From Candidatus Altimarinota bacterium (GTDB lineage Bacteria; Patescibacteriota; Gracilibacteria; UBA1369): a stretch of DNA of 32,000 bases. A program made the translations under genes and the position numbers. The notes below the pieces were generated by a model, which was not told the origin of the DNA, made no database searches, and worked only from the letters and a program-made list of their open reading frames with translations. Position 1 is the first letter of the stretch, and every line of letters starts with the position of its first letter. The stretch covers positions 30,001 to 62,000 of the forward strand of contig JBAZYK010000008.1 in NCBI GenBank assembly GCA_041659405.1, given 5' to 3'. Shown here in pieces: positions 8,385-17,383 of the stretch.

Positions 8385-11036
8385 CTACGCCGTCTTCGCA
8401 GTTTTTCTTGCTCTTGGCACCTTTACAGGCTTAACCATCGCCGCTTCAGAAACTTCCGCGCCAGCCTTTTCCAGCTCAATCTTGTCATCCTTCTTAACGA
8501 TTTTAATGGTATCTCCTTCGGCAAACTCGTTATCCAGGAATTTTTGAGTGAGTTGATCTTCAATCAATTCCTGAACCTTACGGCGCACCGGACGAGCCCC
8601 ATATTGAGGATCGTAGCTTAGTTTAGCCATAAGTTCCAAAGCATCCGGAGTAAGTTCCAAAGTTAAGCGCTTGCTCTTCAAGCGTTCCTGCAACGTATTG
8701 ATATGCAATTTTACAATTTCTTTAATGTTTTCATGAGTCAAAGCCCTAAATACCACTGTTTTATCCAAACGATTCAAGAATTCCGGGCGGAAATGATCTT
8801 TTAATTCTGCCAGAACGTCGCTCTTTAAAGCCTCGTAATCCTGTTCCGCAGCTAGCAGCTCTTCTTTTTGCAAATGGAACCCAATAGCGCCGGCCTTGTC
8901 GGTTAGTTTTTTAGCACCAATATTGGAAGTAAGAACGATAATTGTATTTTTAAAATCGATGGCACGGCCCTTGCTGTCGGTCAATTTTCCATCTTCCAAA
9001 ATTTGGAGAAGTAGGTTGAAGACATCCGGATGTGCCTTTTCAATTTCATCAAAAAGCACAACGGCATAAGGTTTTCTACGAACAGCTTCGGTCAATTGGC
9101 CGCCATCTTCGTAACCAACATATCCTGCAGTCGTTCCAACCAAACGGGAAGTATTGTGACGTTCCATGAATTCACTCATATCAATCTTAATGAGCGCTTC
9201 TTTGTCGTTATAAACTTCCTGCGCAATGGCTTTTACCAATTCGGTTTTACCAACACCGGTTGGCCCCATAAACAGGAAAGATCCAATTGGACGATTCTGA
9301 TCGGCAAAGCCGGCACGTGATCTGCGGATAGCTTTTGCCACAAAAGAAACGGCTTCATCCTGACCAATAATCCTTTTCTTAAAAGCAGCCTCCAGGTTGA
9401 CCAGATTTTCCACATCTTCTTTAACCAAACGGGTTATTGGCACGCCGGTCATATTGGAAACAACTCTGGCAATATCATCTTCATACACTCGTTCACGTTT
9501 GTCGCGTGGAAGTTTAACGGTTTTGCTGTTTTCAATTTCCTTCAAAAGTTCCAACTCGCGGTTCCTAAGTTCCGCAGCATATTCATAGTTTTGAGTCGCC
9601 ACAGACTCTTCTTTTTCTTTAATGATTTTACTTAATTCCTTTTGTAATTTGCGGATTTTATCCATATTTCCCTTGGTTTTGATTCGTTTGATCGCCGAAG
9701 CTTCATCAACCAAATCGATGGCTTTATCAGGCAAGAAACGGTCATTGATATAACGCTTGGCAAGATCAACCGCCGCCTTTAAAGCCTCGTCGGTGATCAC
9801 CAAATTGTGATGCTCTTCCAGGCCTTCACGCAGCCCTTTTAAGATTTCCAAACTGTCTTCAAGATTAGGTTCACCAACAATAATTGGCTGAAATCTGCGC
9901 TCTAAAGCCGCATCAGCTTCAATATGTTTGCGATATTCATTGGTCGTGGTAGCACCAATTACCTGAACTCGTCCACGTGAAAGAGCCGGTTTTAAAATGT
10001 TTGCGGCATCCAGACTTCCTTCGGCTGAACCTGCGCCAACCACAGTGTGAAGTTCATCAATAAACAAAATTACATTATTTTGAGAAGCCGCTTCATCGAT
10101 GATTTGTTTAATGCGTTCTTCAAATTCACCACGATATTTGGTTCCGGCCACAACCGAAGTCATGGAAAGAGCCAAAATTCGCTTATCTAACATATTATCC
10201 GGAACTTGTTCGTTTACAATGGCCTGGGCAAGTCCTTCGGCAATGGCTGTCTTACCAACGCCCGGTTCACCAATCAAAACCGGATTATTCTTGGTTTTTC
10301 GGCAAAGAATACTAACCGCACGTTCAATTTCCTTATGGCGTCCAATCACCGGGCCTAATTTACCTTTTCTCGCATCTGCAACAAGATCGGTCGTAAAATA
10401 ATCGAGCGCCGGTGTCTTGGAAGGACGTTCCTGGTGCTCATCTTTTTTGTCTTTCTTATAAGGAGACTGGTCTTTTTCCATATTGCCAACCAAAACCCCA
10501 TGAAGTCCGCTCAAAAAGAATTCAATTGGGTTCATGCCGGGGCCGGGTTGACCTGCCGGTCCATGTTGATGGGAATCCTTGGCCTTTTCAAAGGTCTGAA
10601 TAATTTGTTCTTTAATATCCTGAGGATTGATCTTCATGTTTTCCAAAATAACCGTAGCAGCCGTGTTTTCCTGAGAAACAAGCGCATACAAAAGGTGCTC
10701 TGTTCCCACATAACCATGGTTAAATTCATGCGCGGAACGAACGGCATCTTCAATCACTTTCTTGGCAAAACCACTTAAACCGCCCCAACCTCTTTGTGAA
10801 GTACTTGGAGTTGGATTCATGCGTCCCACAGTCTTTAAAACCAGGTTCACATTTTCCAAAGATACGCCAAAATTCAAAAGAATTGAGCAGCCAAGTGAAT
10901 TTTCTTGGGCTAGAATTCCAATCAGAACATGTTCCGTTCCAACATAATTCAATTTTGCATCGCGGGCCTTTTCCTGTGCAACAATCAAAGCCTGCTTTGC
11001 CTCCTTCGTGAATTTTTCGAATCGATTATCGCTCAT
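8385..11036 (-). CDS. clpC: ATP-dependent Clp protease ATP-binding subunit ClpC
   Basis: Two Clp_N repeats ([24 protein letters not shown]). Walker A motifs [13 protein letters not shown] (D1) and [13 protein letters not shown] (D2). UVR-like motif [16 protein letters not shown]. ClpP-docking tripeptide IGF (GAIGFHLQ). Confidence 0.92.
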   Translation of the reverse strand: MSDNRFEKFTKEAKQALIVAQEKARDAKLNYVGTEHVLIGILAQENSLGCSILLNFGVSLENVNLVLKTVGRMNPTPSTSQRGWGGLSGFAKKVIEDAVRSAHEFNHGYVGTEHLLYALVSQENTAATVILENMKINPQDIKEQIIQTFEKAKDSHQHGPAGQPGPGMNPIEFFLSGLHGVLVGNMEKDQSPYKKDKKDEHQERPSKTPALDYFTTDLVADARKGKLGPVIGRHKEIERAVSILCRKTKNNPVLIGEPGVGKTAIAEGLAQAIVNEQVPDNMLDKRILALSMTSVVAGTKYRGEFEERIKQIIDEAASQNNVILFIDELHTVVGAGSAEGSLDAANILKPALSRGRVQVIGATTTNEYRKHIEADAALERRFQPIIVGEPNLEDSLEILKGLREGLEEHHNLVITDEALKAAVDLAKRYINDRFLPDKAIDLVDEASAIKRIKTKGNMDKIRKLQKELSKIIKEKEESVATQNYEYAAELRNRELELLKEIENSKTVKLPRDKRERVYEDDIARVVSNMTGVPITRLVKEDVENLVNLEAAFKKRIIGQDEAVSFVAKAIRRSRAGFADQNRPIGSFLFMGPTGVGKTELVKAIAQEVYNDKEALIKIDMSEFMERHNTSRLVGTTAGYVGYEDGGQLTEAVRRKPYAVVLFDEIEKAHPDVFNLLLQILEDGKLTDSKGRAIDFKNTIIVLTSNIGAKKLTDKAGAIGFHLQKEELLAAEQDYEALKSDVLAELKDHFRPEFLNRLDKTVVFRALTHENIKEIVKLHINTLQERLKSKRLTLELTPDALELMAKLSYDPQYGARPVRRKVQELIEDQLTQKFLDNEFAEGDTIKIVKKDDKIELEKAGAEVSEAAMVKPVKVPRARKTAKTA

Positions 11037-11074
11037 AAAATTTATAGGATTAATTATTTATTTTTCGTTTACTC

Positions 11075-11083
11075 ATTATAGCA
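11075..11083 (-). promoter_or_regulatory. candidate extended -10 promoter (TGcTATAAT) for clpC
   Basis: The minus strand reads tgctataat, 38 nt upstream of the ATG at 11036. No CtsR-type direct repeat is visible. Confidence 0.45.
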
Positions 11084-11131
11084 CAACTCATTGCCGGAAT
11101 TAAGCTCTATCAAGGGCGAAATTCATTATTC

Positions 11132-11157
11132 GGCTTTACGGAAAAGCCTTTTATTTT
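11132..11157. terminator. stem-loop with a T-run downstream of the lipoprotein gene
   Basis: GGCTTT-acgga-AAAGCC followed by ttttatttt on the + strand. The T-run is on the + strand although the flanking genes are on the minus strand, so the orientation is ambiguous. Confidence 0.3.
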
Positions 11158-11192
11158 GTGGCCAAAAATTGTTCAAAACTAATTAGCAGTCA

Positions 11193-12128
11193 TTATTGTT
11201 GAGTAACGCCGGGTTGAGCAGGCGGTACAGGTTGAATCGGGGGAGCTCCAACCTGAAAAGAAGCAATCATTTCATAAAAAAGCTTCTGGGCATCCGTGAA
11301 CTGATCATCGGGGATTGCCTGGGTGTTAAAAGTAATATGGAAAAATTTTGGTGCGTCATTCACATAAAAATCAACAATTTTGCCTGTAGCATCAGTCTTT
11401 TTATAAGCGACCAAACTATTGGTTCCAATTTTGCTTTGAACAAGGCCTGCTGTTAAAAGCTCGGTTGGACTCGGATTTTCATTCTTCAAACTGAGTGAAG
11501 CTATAAAATCTTTTTGGGTCTTAACCGGCAGAAGAGTTATCTTAACGCTATATCCACTTTGTCCCTGTTGAGTCTTGACCTGAGTTTGTTGCGTTGTGGC
11601 CTGAGTACCGGAAACAACCTCTACCGGATTCCAAAGCAAAACCCCATTTTCACCATTTGGCGCATCTTTAACCTCAAAATCATTTCTATATTTTATTCCA
11701 AAGCCAAGTCCGGGATTATTATAATCTTTCCAGTTTAAAGCTTCTAAAGGTTGGGTTGTTATAGCACCCGCCAAAACATCAATATTTGCAACTTCCATCA
11801 ATTGCTTTCCGTCACTGGCATAATCGGAAAATCCACTTACTTCCACTCGCTTATTTTTATACTTGGGATCATCAAGATTGATTTTTGTACTATTAAGCAA
11901 AATCGTACTGCCGTCATCCAAAGTAAGAATATTTGTGCCTTTAACATGCGGAACATTGCCAATTGAGCTTACCGATCCAATTCGTCTGTCCAAAGGGTGC
12001 GAACTTAAAGCCTTGTCGGTACCGGAAGACTTTTGGCAGGCCGTCATCATCAAAAAAATACTGCTTAAAAATAAAACCCCGATAGCATTTATATAGCCGG
12101 CTGCACGTGTGTTTACTTTAAATTTCAT
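11193..12128 (-). CDS. hypothetical lipoprotein
   Basis: Signal peptide with a lipobox-like LMMTAC at the end of the hydrophobic core, then a Ser/Thr/Gln-rich mature protein with a Pro-rich C-terminus. The start is 8 nt after the ruvB stop. Confidence 0.8.
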   Translation of the reverse strand: MKFKVNTRAAGYINAIGVLFLSSIFLMMTACQKSSGTDKALSSHPLDRRIGSVSSIGNVPHVKGTNILTLDDGSTILLNSTKINLDDPKYKNKRVEVSGFSDYASDGKQLMEVANIDVLAGAITTQPLEALNWKDYNNPGLGFGIKYRNDFEVKDAPNGENGVLLWNPVEVVSGTQATTQQTQVKTQQGQSGYSVKITLLPVKTQKDFIASLSLKNENPSPTELLTAGLVQSKIGTNSLVAYKKTDATGKIVDFYVNDAPKFFHITFNTQAIPDDQFTDAQKLFYEMIASFQVGAPPIQPVPPAQPGVTQQ

Positions 12129-12136
12129 ATTGGTTT

Positions 12137-13147
12137 TTAAGAATTTAGATGCTGTTTACCTTTAAGAGTAATGATTCGACCCTTTGGAGTGCGCTCCAGA
12201 AAGCCAAGTTTTATTAAGTATGGTTCGTAAATATTCTCCACGGTTTCTTCTTCTTCCGATGTGGCAGCGGCAATCGTATTCAAACCAACCGGGCCACCAT
12301 GGAATTTGTCCACAATGGTTCTCATAATCTCGCGATCGGTTTTATCTAAGCCTAAAGAGTCAATCGCCAGCGATTCCAGAGTTTCATCAACAATCCCATT
12401 ATCGATTTTAGCTTTATCACTAATTTGAGCCATATCCCGGACTCGTTTTAAAAGACGATTGGCAATACGTGGGGTTTGACGTGAAGAAAAGGCCAATTTT
12501 TCCGCAGCACTTTCTTCGATTTCACATTCCAGAATTTTTGATGATCTCTGAATAATTTGTTGAATGTGGCCATGGTTATAAAAATCCAGCCTGAAAAGAG
12601 CTCCAAAACGATCTCTTAACGGTGAAGAAATCATATTCATCTTGGTGGTTGCGCCAATCAAAGTAAATTTTGGCAATTTCAAGCGCATTGAACGCGCGGA
12701 TGGACCTTTTCCAATAATCAAATCCAGCCCAAAATCTTCCATGGCCGTATATAAAACCTCTTCCACAACCGGTCTTAAACGATGAATTTCATCTATAAAC
12801 AAAATATCCCGATCCCGTAAATTTGTGATGATTGAGGCCAAATCACCCTGTTTTTCCAGAGCCGGACCGGAAGTGATTTTAATATTAACTCCCATTTCAT
12901 GCGCAATGATATTCGCTAAAGTTGTCTTGCCCAGACCCGGAGGTCCATGCAACAACACGTGCTCAAGCGCTTCGTCACGTTTTTGGGCAGCCTTTATAAA
13001 AACCCCCAGATTCTTTTTGATTTCATCCTGTCCAATGTAATCCTTTAAAGACTGTGGACGTAGGGTGATTTCCTGAACATCTGCTTCATCTTTGGTCTTA
13101 TTTGCCGATAACATTTCTGTGGTTTTCGGTTTGTCGCGTTCGATCAT
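12137..13147 (-). CDS. ruvB: Holliday junction branch migration DNA helicase RuvB
   Basis: [12 protein letters not shown], Walker [12 protein letters not shown], Walker [11 protein letters not shown], and a C-terminal winged-helix region. An alternative ATG lies at 13114. Confidence 0.95.
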   Translation of the reverse strand: MIERDKPKTTEMLSANKTKDEADVQEITLRPQSLKDYIGQDEIKKNLGVFIKAAQKRDEALEHVLLHGPPGLGKTTLANIIAHEMGVNIKITSGPALEKQGDLASIITNLRDRDILFIDEIHRLRPVVEEVLYTAMEDFGLDLIIGKGPSARSMRLKLPKFTLIGATTKMNMISSPLRDRFGALFRLDFYNHGHIQQIIQRSSKILECEIEESAAEKLAFSSRQTPRIANRLLKRVRDMAQISDKAKIDNGIVDETLESLAIDSLGLDKTDREIMRTIVDKFHGGPVGLNTIAAATSEEEETVENIYEPYLIKLGFLERTPKGRIITLKGKQHLNS

Positions 13148-13667
13148 AAGAAACAGAAGATTCTAAATTTCCCTTTTCTATTTTAGACGGTTTTATCTGA
13201 AGGTGGTAGATGAAATTTTTAATACCGTCAGGATCATTTGCATCATCAAATATAATCGACACACTTGCCGAAGCCGTTTCCACTTTGAATAATCCATAAT
13301 TAAACATCCCAAATCTGGAAAGGATACCTTTCTCCTTAGTTTCAATATCTTGGATAAATTCAAATTCCGCCTCTGATTCCTCACGCAAAAAGAGGGTGAT
13401 CCAATTAACATAAACTATGCGCCTGCTGGTTACAATCAACTTATCCAAATAATAAATAAGCGCGTCATGTGCAATTATCAGAGCAAAAATAGCCGCGATA
13501 GCCGCAAAAACCGCAAACATTGCAAACGGGGACAAGACACTTTGAAAAAAACTGGCTACAAAAAAGAAAGGCAAACTCACGATTGCAATTTTAAATCCTC
13601 TAATTACGGCAGGTAAAGGATGATGATAAAAAACCTTGATCATACATTCGCCATCTCCAAGACGCAT
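13098..13667 (-). CDS. membrane protein with a bacterial PH (bPH_2-like) domain
   Basis: Two predicted TM helices ([35 protein letters not shown]) followed by [12 protein letters not shown]...[10 protein letters not shown]...GLFKVETA, a bPH-like pattern. The 3' end overlaps ruvB by 50 nt, or 17 nt if ruvB starts at 13114. Confidence 0.65.
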   Translation of the reverse strand: MRLGDGECMIKVFYHHPLPAVIRGFKIAIVSLPFFFVASFFQSVLSPFAMFAVFAAIAAIFALIIAHDALIYYLDKLIVTSRRIVYVNWITLFLREESEAEFEFIQDIETKEKGILSRFGMFNYGLFKVETASASVSIIFDDANDPDGIKNFIYHLQIKPSKIEKGNLESSVSYDRTRQTENHRNVIGK

Positions 13668-13689
13668 AAACTTGAATTATTAATTATAA

Positions 13690-13766
13690 TGGTGCGCCCG
13701 GGCCGATTCGAACGGCCGACCCACAGCTTAGAAGGCTGTTGCTCTATCCATCTGAGCTACGGGCGC
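13690..13766 (-). tRNA. tRNA-Arg (anticodon TCT), CCA encoded
   Basis: The reverse complement gcgcccgtagctcagatggatagagcaacagccttctaagctgtgggtcggccgttcgaatcggcccgggcgcacca folds as a 77-nt cloverleaf: 7-bp acceptor stem, anticodon loop cTTCTAa, T-loop TTCGAAT. Confidence 0.93.
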
Positions 13767-13866
13767 AAAGTTTACAGAATACTGCAAACAGGAGGCATTT
13801 TAATATAAATAACGCTTATCAGCAATATGAGCTTTAATTAAACTCGCGGCATCGACTATAGACTTA

Positions 13867-15939
13867 CTAGCCATTTGCCTCTGCAAAGTAGGACTTGGCC
13901 TGGGTGTCTGTAACAAAAAGAGTCGGACTATACTTGCTTTGACCGTTCAATTTCATCACAACAAAGCGATAAATCAAGTCAGCCACCTCGCCACGGGTCA
14001 TGCCCTCTTCAGGGTGAAAGTAATTTGAAGTGTTATCAATCAGATTAGCCTCTTTGGCAGCCAAAACCAGGGGAGCATACCAGGCATCTTTTTTAACATC
14101 GGTATATACATCCTGGGCAACTTCAGTTGGAGGAGTTACATCCATAGTGGAAAAGAGCATCTTTAAAAATTCAGCTCTGTTTACCGTCTGTGAAGGCTTA
14201 AAGGTTTTGTTGTTGTAACCTGCAACAATGTTTTGGTCGTAAGCGGTTGAGACATAATCGGCATACCAGGCCGAATTGCTTGTATCTTTAAACGGCAGTT
14301 TTGTTGTAGCCAGTAATTTTTGATTGGCCCCTTTTAAAATAAACTTTAAAGCTTCAACTCTGCTAACAATGCCATTTGGTTTGAAACTTTTATCAGGATA
14401 ACCATCAATTACGCTGTAGTTTTTCAAAAAACCAATTGCTTTAAATGATTTGTCATTCGCGGAAACATCGGTAAAAATTGAAGATTGCATAACCGGAGTT
14501 AAGGCCGTAATTTGGCCATCCGTAGCCTTAAATCGTAAACCATAATCGCCCGTTGGAGTAACTGCGAATTTAACAGTTCCACCTAAAATTTCCGATGTTG
14601 AAAAATAGCTTTTTTCTATTGTGGCACTGCCCAAATCAATAGAAAGAGCCACACCTTTTGGTGGTTGATAATTGCTTACCAAATTTCCATTTTGATCAAC
14701 GGCCTGTAATAGAATAACTTTTGGAGTTCCAATAACAAAAGAATCATCAGTTATGAATTTAAAGCTGGAAGCAACGGTTGCCGGCGAAGTGCTTGCCGCA
14801 GAAGTTGTAGCTGTTTCAGTGACGGAGGATTGCTGATTTGACGACGTTGTGGCTGCCCCGGAATCTGTACCGCTTGGGGTTGAAGAATTAGTTTGCGTGC
14901 TTGTAGTTGTAGTTGTGGTAGTTGCGGAAGTTGTTGCCGGAGTCGTGGGAGCCGTTGTTGTAGTATTTGTTGGATTCGCCGTTGTGGTAGAAGTTGTGGT
15001 TGTGGTGCTATTCTCTGAAGTAGCCGCCGAGCTGGTAGTCGTCGTAGTTATTGAACTACTCGCGGTTGCAGGCAAATTTGTCATGTTTAAATATTTCTGT
15101 ACGTAAAGCATTGGGTTAACGGTTGTTGCCAAAGCTTTGTCTTTCCCCAAACCGGAATTAATAGCTCCGTTAAAATCAAGACCAACGGCAGCAGCCTCCT
15201 GGTAAGTAAATGGCCAATATGGGTGCCATGGAGCCTGATCGTTATCGATCTGAAAATGAAGATGTGGAGTGGATGCAAGTCCCGTATGGCCAACATAACC
15301 TATCAATTGCCCCTTGGTAACAACATCGCCTTCACTTATTACAACGTTGCTCATATGAGCATAATTTGAATAGTAAGTTGTGCGAACATTGGCATCATTA
15401 AAAGATGGGAAATTGTCATGTTTAATAACTACATGGTTTCCAAAACCACTGGCCTGAAAAGCAACTTTTACCACAACGCCATTTCCAATTGCATAAACCG
15501 GTGTTAATTCCGGAACTTTAATGTCGACAGCCAAATGACTACCGGCATTTTCAAGTCCATCCAGTTTATAATCGCCCATGTAAGGCGTACTGAAAGTTAT
15601 TTTCGCATTACGAATAGCTTTGTCTGCGGCATTAGACCAAGATAATTGTGCAGTTGAAGTACTTAAAACACTTGCATCATAAACAGGCAAACTAATTATT
15701 TTAGTAGTCGGAATCTGCGGATAGGCCACTCTGTATTGATCCGAAGTTAAAGCAACCCAATCCGGAGCATTTAAAATCGGCAATGCCAATCCATCATAAG
15801 GCGGAGCTTGTCTTGTTGGGATAACGCTTGTCTGAAACTCGAAGGCATTTTTGCCAACCATAAAGACGGCACTTGCCAGGAAAAGCAGCACGAATACCCA
15901 ATCTTTAACTGTAATTTTTTTGTGTGGAGTATTTTTCAT
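13867..15939 (-). CDS. secreted M23 (LytM-type) peptidase with a Thr/Ser-rich linker and three C-terminal SLH domains
   Basis: N-terminal TM/signal anchor. M23 motifs HLAVDI (HxxxD) and HTGLASTPHLHFQI (HxH). Low-complexity T/S tract at aa ~291-392. Three SLH-like repeats: FTDVSANDKSFKAIGFLKNYSVIDGYPDKSFKP, FKDTSNSAWYADYVSTAYDQNIVAGYNNKTFKP, YTDVKKDAWYAPLVLAAKEANLID. Confidence 0.9.
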   Translation of the reverse strand: MKNTPHKKITVKDWVFVLLFLASAVFMVGKNAFEFQTSVIPTRQAPPYDGLALPILNAPDWVALTSDQYRVAYPQIPTTKIISLPVYDASVLSTSTAQLSWSNAADKAIRNAKITFSTPYMGDYKLDGLENAGSHLAVDIKVPELTPVYAIGNGVVVKVAFQASGFGNHVVIKHDNFPSFNDANVRTTYYSNYAHMSNVVISEGDVVTKGQLIGYVGHTGLASTPHLHFQIDNDQAPWHPYWPFTYQEAAAVGLDFNGAINSGLGKDKALATTVNPMLYVQKYLNMTNLPATASSSITTTTTSSAATSENSTTTTTSTTTANPTNTTTTAPTTPATTSATTTTTTTSTQTNSSTPSGTDSGAATTSSNQQSSVTETATTSAASTSPATVASSFKFITDDSFVIGTPKVILLQAVDQNGNLVSNYQPPKGVALSIDLGSATIEKSYFSTSEILGGTVKFAVTPTGDYGLRFKATDGQITALTPVMQSSIFTDVSANDKSFKAIGFLKNYSVIDGYPDKSFKPNGIVSRVEALKFILKGANQKLLATTKLPFKDTSNSAWYADYVSTAYDQNIVAGYNNKTFKPSQTVNRAEFLKMLFSTMDVTPPTEVAQDVYTDVKKDAWYAPLVLAAKEANLIDNTSNYFHPEEGMTRGEVADLIYRFVVMKLNGQSKYSPTLFVTDTQAKSYFAEANG
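14764..15069 (-). repeat. Thr/Ser-rich low-complexity coding tract inside the M23-SLH gene
   Basis: About 100 codons dominated by ACN/TCN (TTTTTSSAATSENSTTTTTSTTTANPTNTTTT...). On the + strand it appears as runs of ggt/tgt/agt triplets. Confidence 0.9.
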
Positions 15940-15966
15940 ATTTGTTTTAGTTTTAGATATCCCTTT

Positions 15967-15975
15967 ATTTTATCA
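15967..15975 (-). promoter_or_regulatory. candidate extended -10 promoter (TGaTAAAAT) for the M23-SLH gene
   Basis: The minus strand reads tgataaaat, 27 nt upstream of the ATG at 15939. Confidence 0.4.
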
Positions 15976-16031
15976 AAAAAAAGCCATAAAATCAACGTAT
16001 CAGGTGCATTTTCTTTTCAAATCGAACTTTA

Positions 16032-16487
16032 ATGGATCAATTTACCTCACATTCGGCGCAAAAAACCAAGGAATTTGCAGCTAAAATAGCAAAAGAAAGC
16101 CAAAAGCCATTAGTTATTTGTCTATATGGCGATCTGGGGAGTGGGAAAACAGTTTTCAGCAAAGGTTTTGCGCTTGGTCTGGGGATTCCGGAAAAACAAA
16201 TTAAAAGTCCAACATATACCTTTGTCCGTTCGTACAAGATTGATGGAAGTGCACGCAAAGCGCCTAAAACCCTCTTTCACTTCGATTTTTATCGCATCAG
16301 TGAGGCGGATGACTTAATGGCCCAGGACTTGGAAGAAATCTTTGAAAAGAAAAATACTCATATCATTATTGAATGGCCGGAAAGAGTTCAAAAATTATTA
16401 CCGCAAGAACGTTTGGATATTTATTTTGAGTATAAAGATGAAAATACGCGCTTACTTAAGCTGAAAAATCATTATAAAAAAACATGA
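16032..16487 (+). CDS. tsaE: tRNA threonylcarbamoyladenosine (t6A) biosynthesis ATPase TsaE
   Basis: LYGDLGSGKTVFSKG P-loop, SPTYTFV and HFDFYR motifs, all characteristic of the TsaE/YjeE family. Confidence 0.9.
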   Translation: MDQFTSHSAQKTKEFAAKIAKESQKPLVICLYGDLGSGKTVFSKGFALGLGIPEKQIKSPTYTFVRSYKIDGSARKAPKTLFHFDFYRISEADDLMAQDLEEIFEKKNTHIIIEWPERVQKLLPQERLDIYFEYKDENTRLLKLKNHYKKT

Positions 16488-17125
16488 CCGAAGCCAAACT
16501 TGCCGAAATTATTAAGGAATATCGGGTTCCTTTCCACATCCTAAAACACATGAAGAAAGTGGCTGCCGTAGCCTTGTTTTTAGGGAAAAAACTCAAGGAC
16601 GAAGGTGCGGAAATCGATTTAATCTTTTTGCGTCAAGCCGCCTTGCTGCATGATTTTGTTAAAATTGCCGATTTCCCCAAAATAAATCTTGATTATTTTG
16701 AAGAGAAACCCTCTGCGGAGGATTTAAAGGTTTGGCAAAATATTATCGATCAGTGGCATTCGATTAAACATTGCTATGCCGCTTTCGAGATCCTTAAGGC
16801 TAAAAATGAAATCGCGCTCGGCACAATCATCAAAAAACACCGTTTTATTAGCTTGATTGACCCGGTGGCGGATGAAAGACCAAACACTTTAGAAGAAAAA
16901 ATCCTTTATTACGCCGATAAACGTGTTCGCCACGACCAAATCGTCACAATCACCGAAAGGCTCGAAGACGGCCAAAAACGCTACTTTACAGACGGCAACA
17001 TCCCCAAAACAGACGCCCTAGTAGAAAAATCCCTCTTCCTCCTAGAAAAAGACCTCCTAGAAAAAGCCAAACTAAAAACATCCGACATCAACGAAAAAAC
17101 CATAAACATCTATCTAGAAAAATAA
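16484..17125 (+). CDS. HD-domain phosphohydrolase (YqeK-like pattern)
   Basis: The pattern H...AALLHDFVK...H...KHR...EEKILYYADKR resembles HD superfamily and YqeK-type hydrolases. The start overlaps the tsaE stop (ATGA). Confidence 0.7.
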   Translation: MTEAKLAEIIKEYRVPFHILKHMKKVAAVALFLGKKLKDEGAEIDLIFLRQAALLHDFVKIADFPKINLDYFEEKPSAEDLKVWQNIIDQWHSIKHCYAAFEILKAKNEIALGTIIKKHRFISLIDPVADERPNTLEEKILYYADKRVRHDQIVTITERLEDGQKRYFTDGNIPKTDALVEKSLFLLEKDLLEKAKLKTSDINEKTINIYLEK

Positions 17126-17138
17126 AATCATATTAAAG

Positions 17139-17163
17139 CCCCCTGCGCCAAGAGCCCAGGGGG
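17139..17163 (+). terminator. GC-rich stem-loop after the HD-domain gene, no U-tract
   Basis: CCCCCTG-N11-CAGGGGG, 14 nt after the stop at 17125. It may terminate or stabilise the tsaE-HD transcript. Confidence 0.3.
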
Positions 17164-17189
17164 TGGATACTAAAACTAAACCAGTTAAT

Positions 17190-17379
17190 ATTGCCCACAG
17201 TTTTATCAAGGTTTCCTGGAGGGGATGGCTTTTTGGCGACATATGCGAGCGCAGCCGTTCATGGCATCATGATGCCATGAACTTCGTGAGGGCGTACATG
17301 CTAGCCCGAACGAACGGGCGAAGCGTTCGCCAAAAAGCCATCCTCTCCAGGAAACTCAACTTAAGAAACTGTATGCAAT
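17190..17379. repeat. structured hairpin repeat element, copy 1 (function unknown)
   Basis: The 81-nt core 17226-17306 is identical to 19183-19263. The flanks are mutually complementary: 17210-17239 pairs with 17327-17356 at 28/30 positions plus two G-T. A 26-bp perfect palindrome lies at 17257-17282. The element ends 5 nt from the stop of the 17384-18895 gene. Confidence 0.9.
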
Positions 17380-17383
17380 ACGC

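Noticed and set aside
13620-13808. ORF 13620-13808 (+)
   Set aside because: It overlaps tRNA-Arg (13690-13766) on the opposite strand, so it is an artefact.
17226-17306. Resemblance of the repeat core (catatgcgag...gcgtacatg) to group II intron domain 5, and the idea that the flanked gene is an integron cassette with attC sites
   Set aside because: There is no AGC catalytic triad or GNRA-capped 34-nt D5 geometry, no intron-encoded protein and no other intron domains. For attC, the ends (R and L boxes, GTTRRRY) should be conserved and the centre variable. Here the centre is identical and the ends diverge, and no integrase is present.
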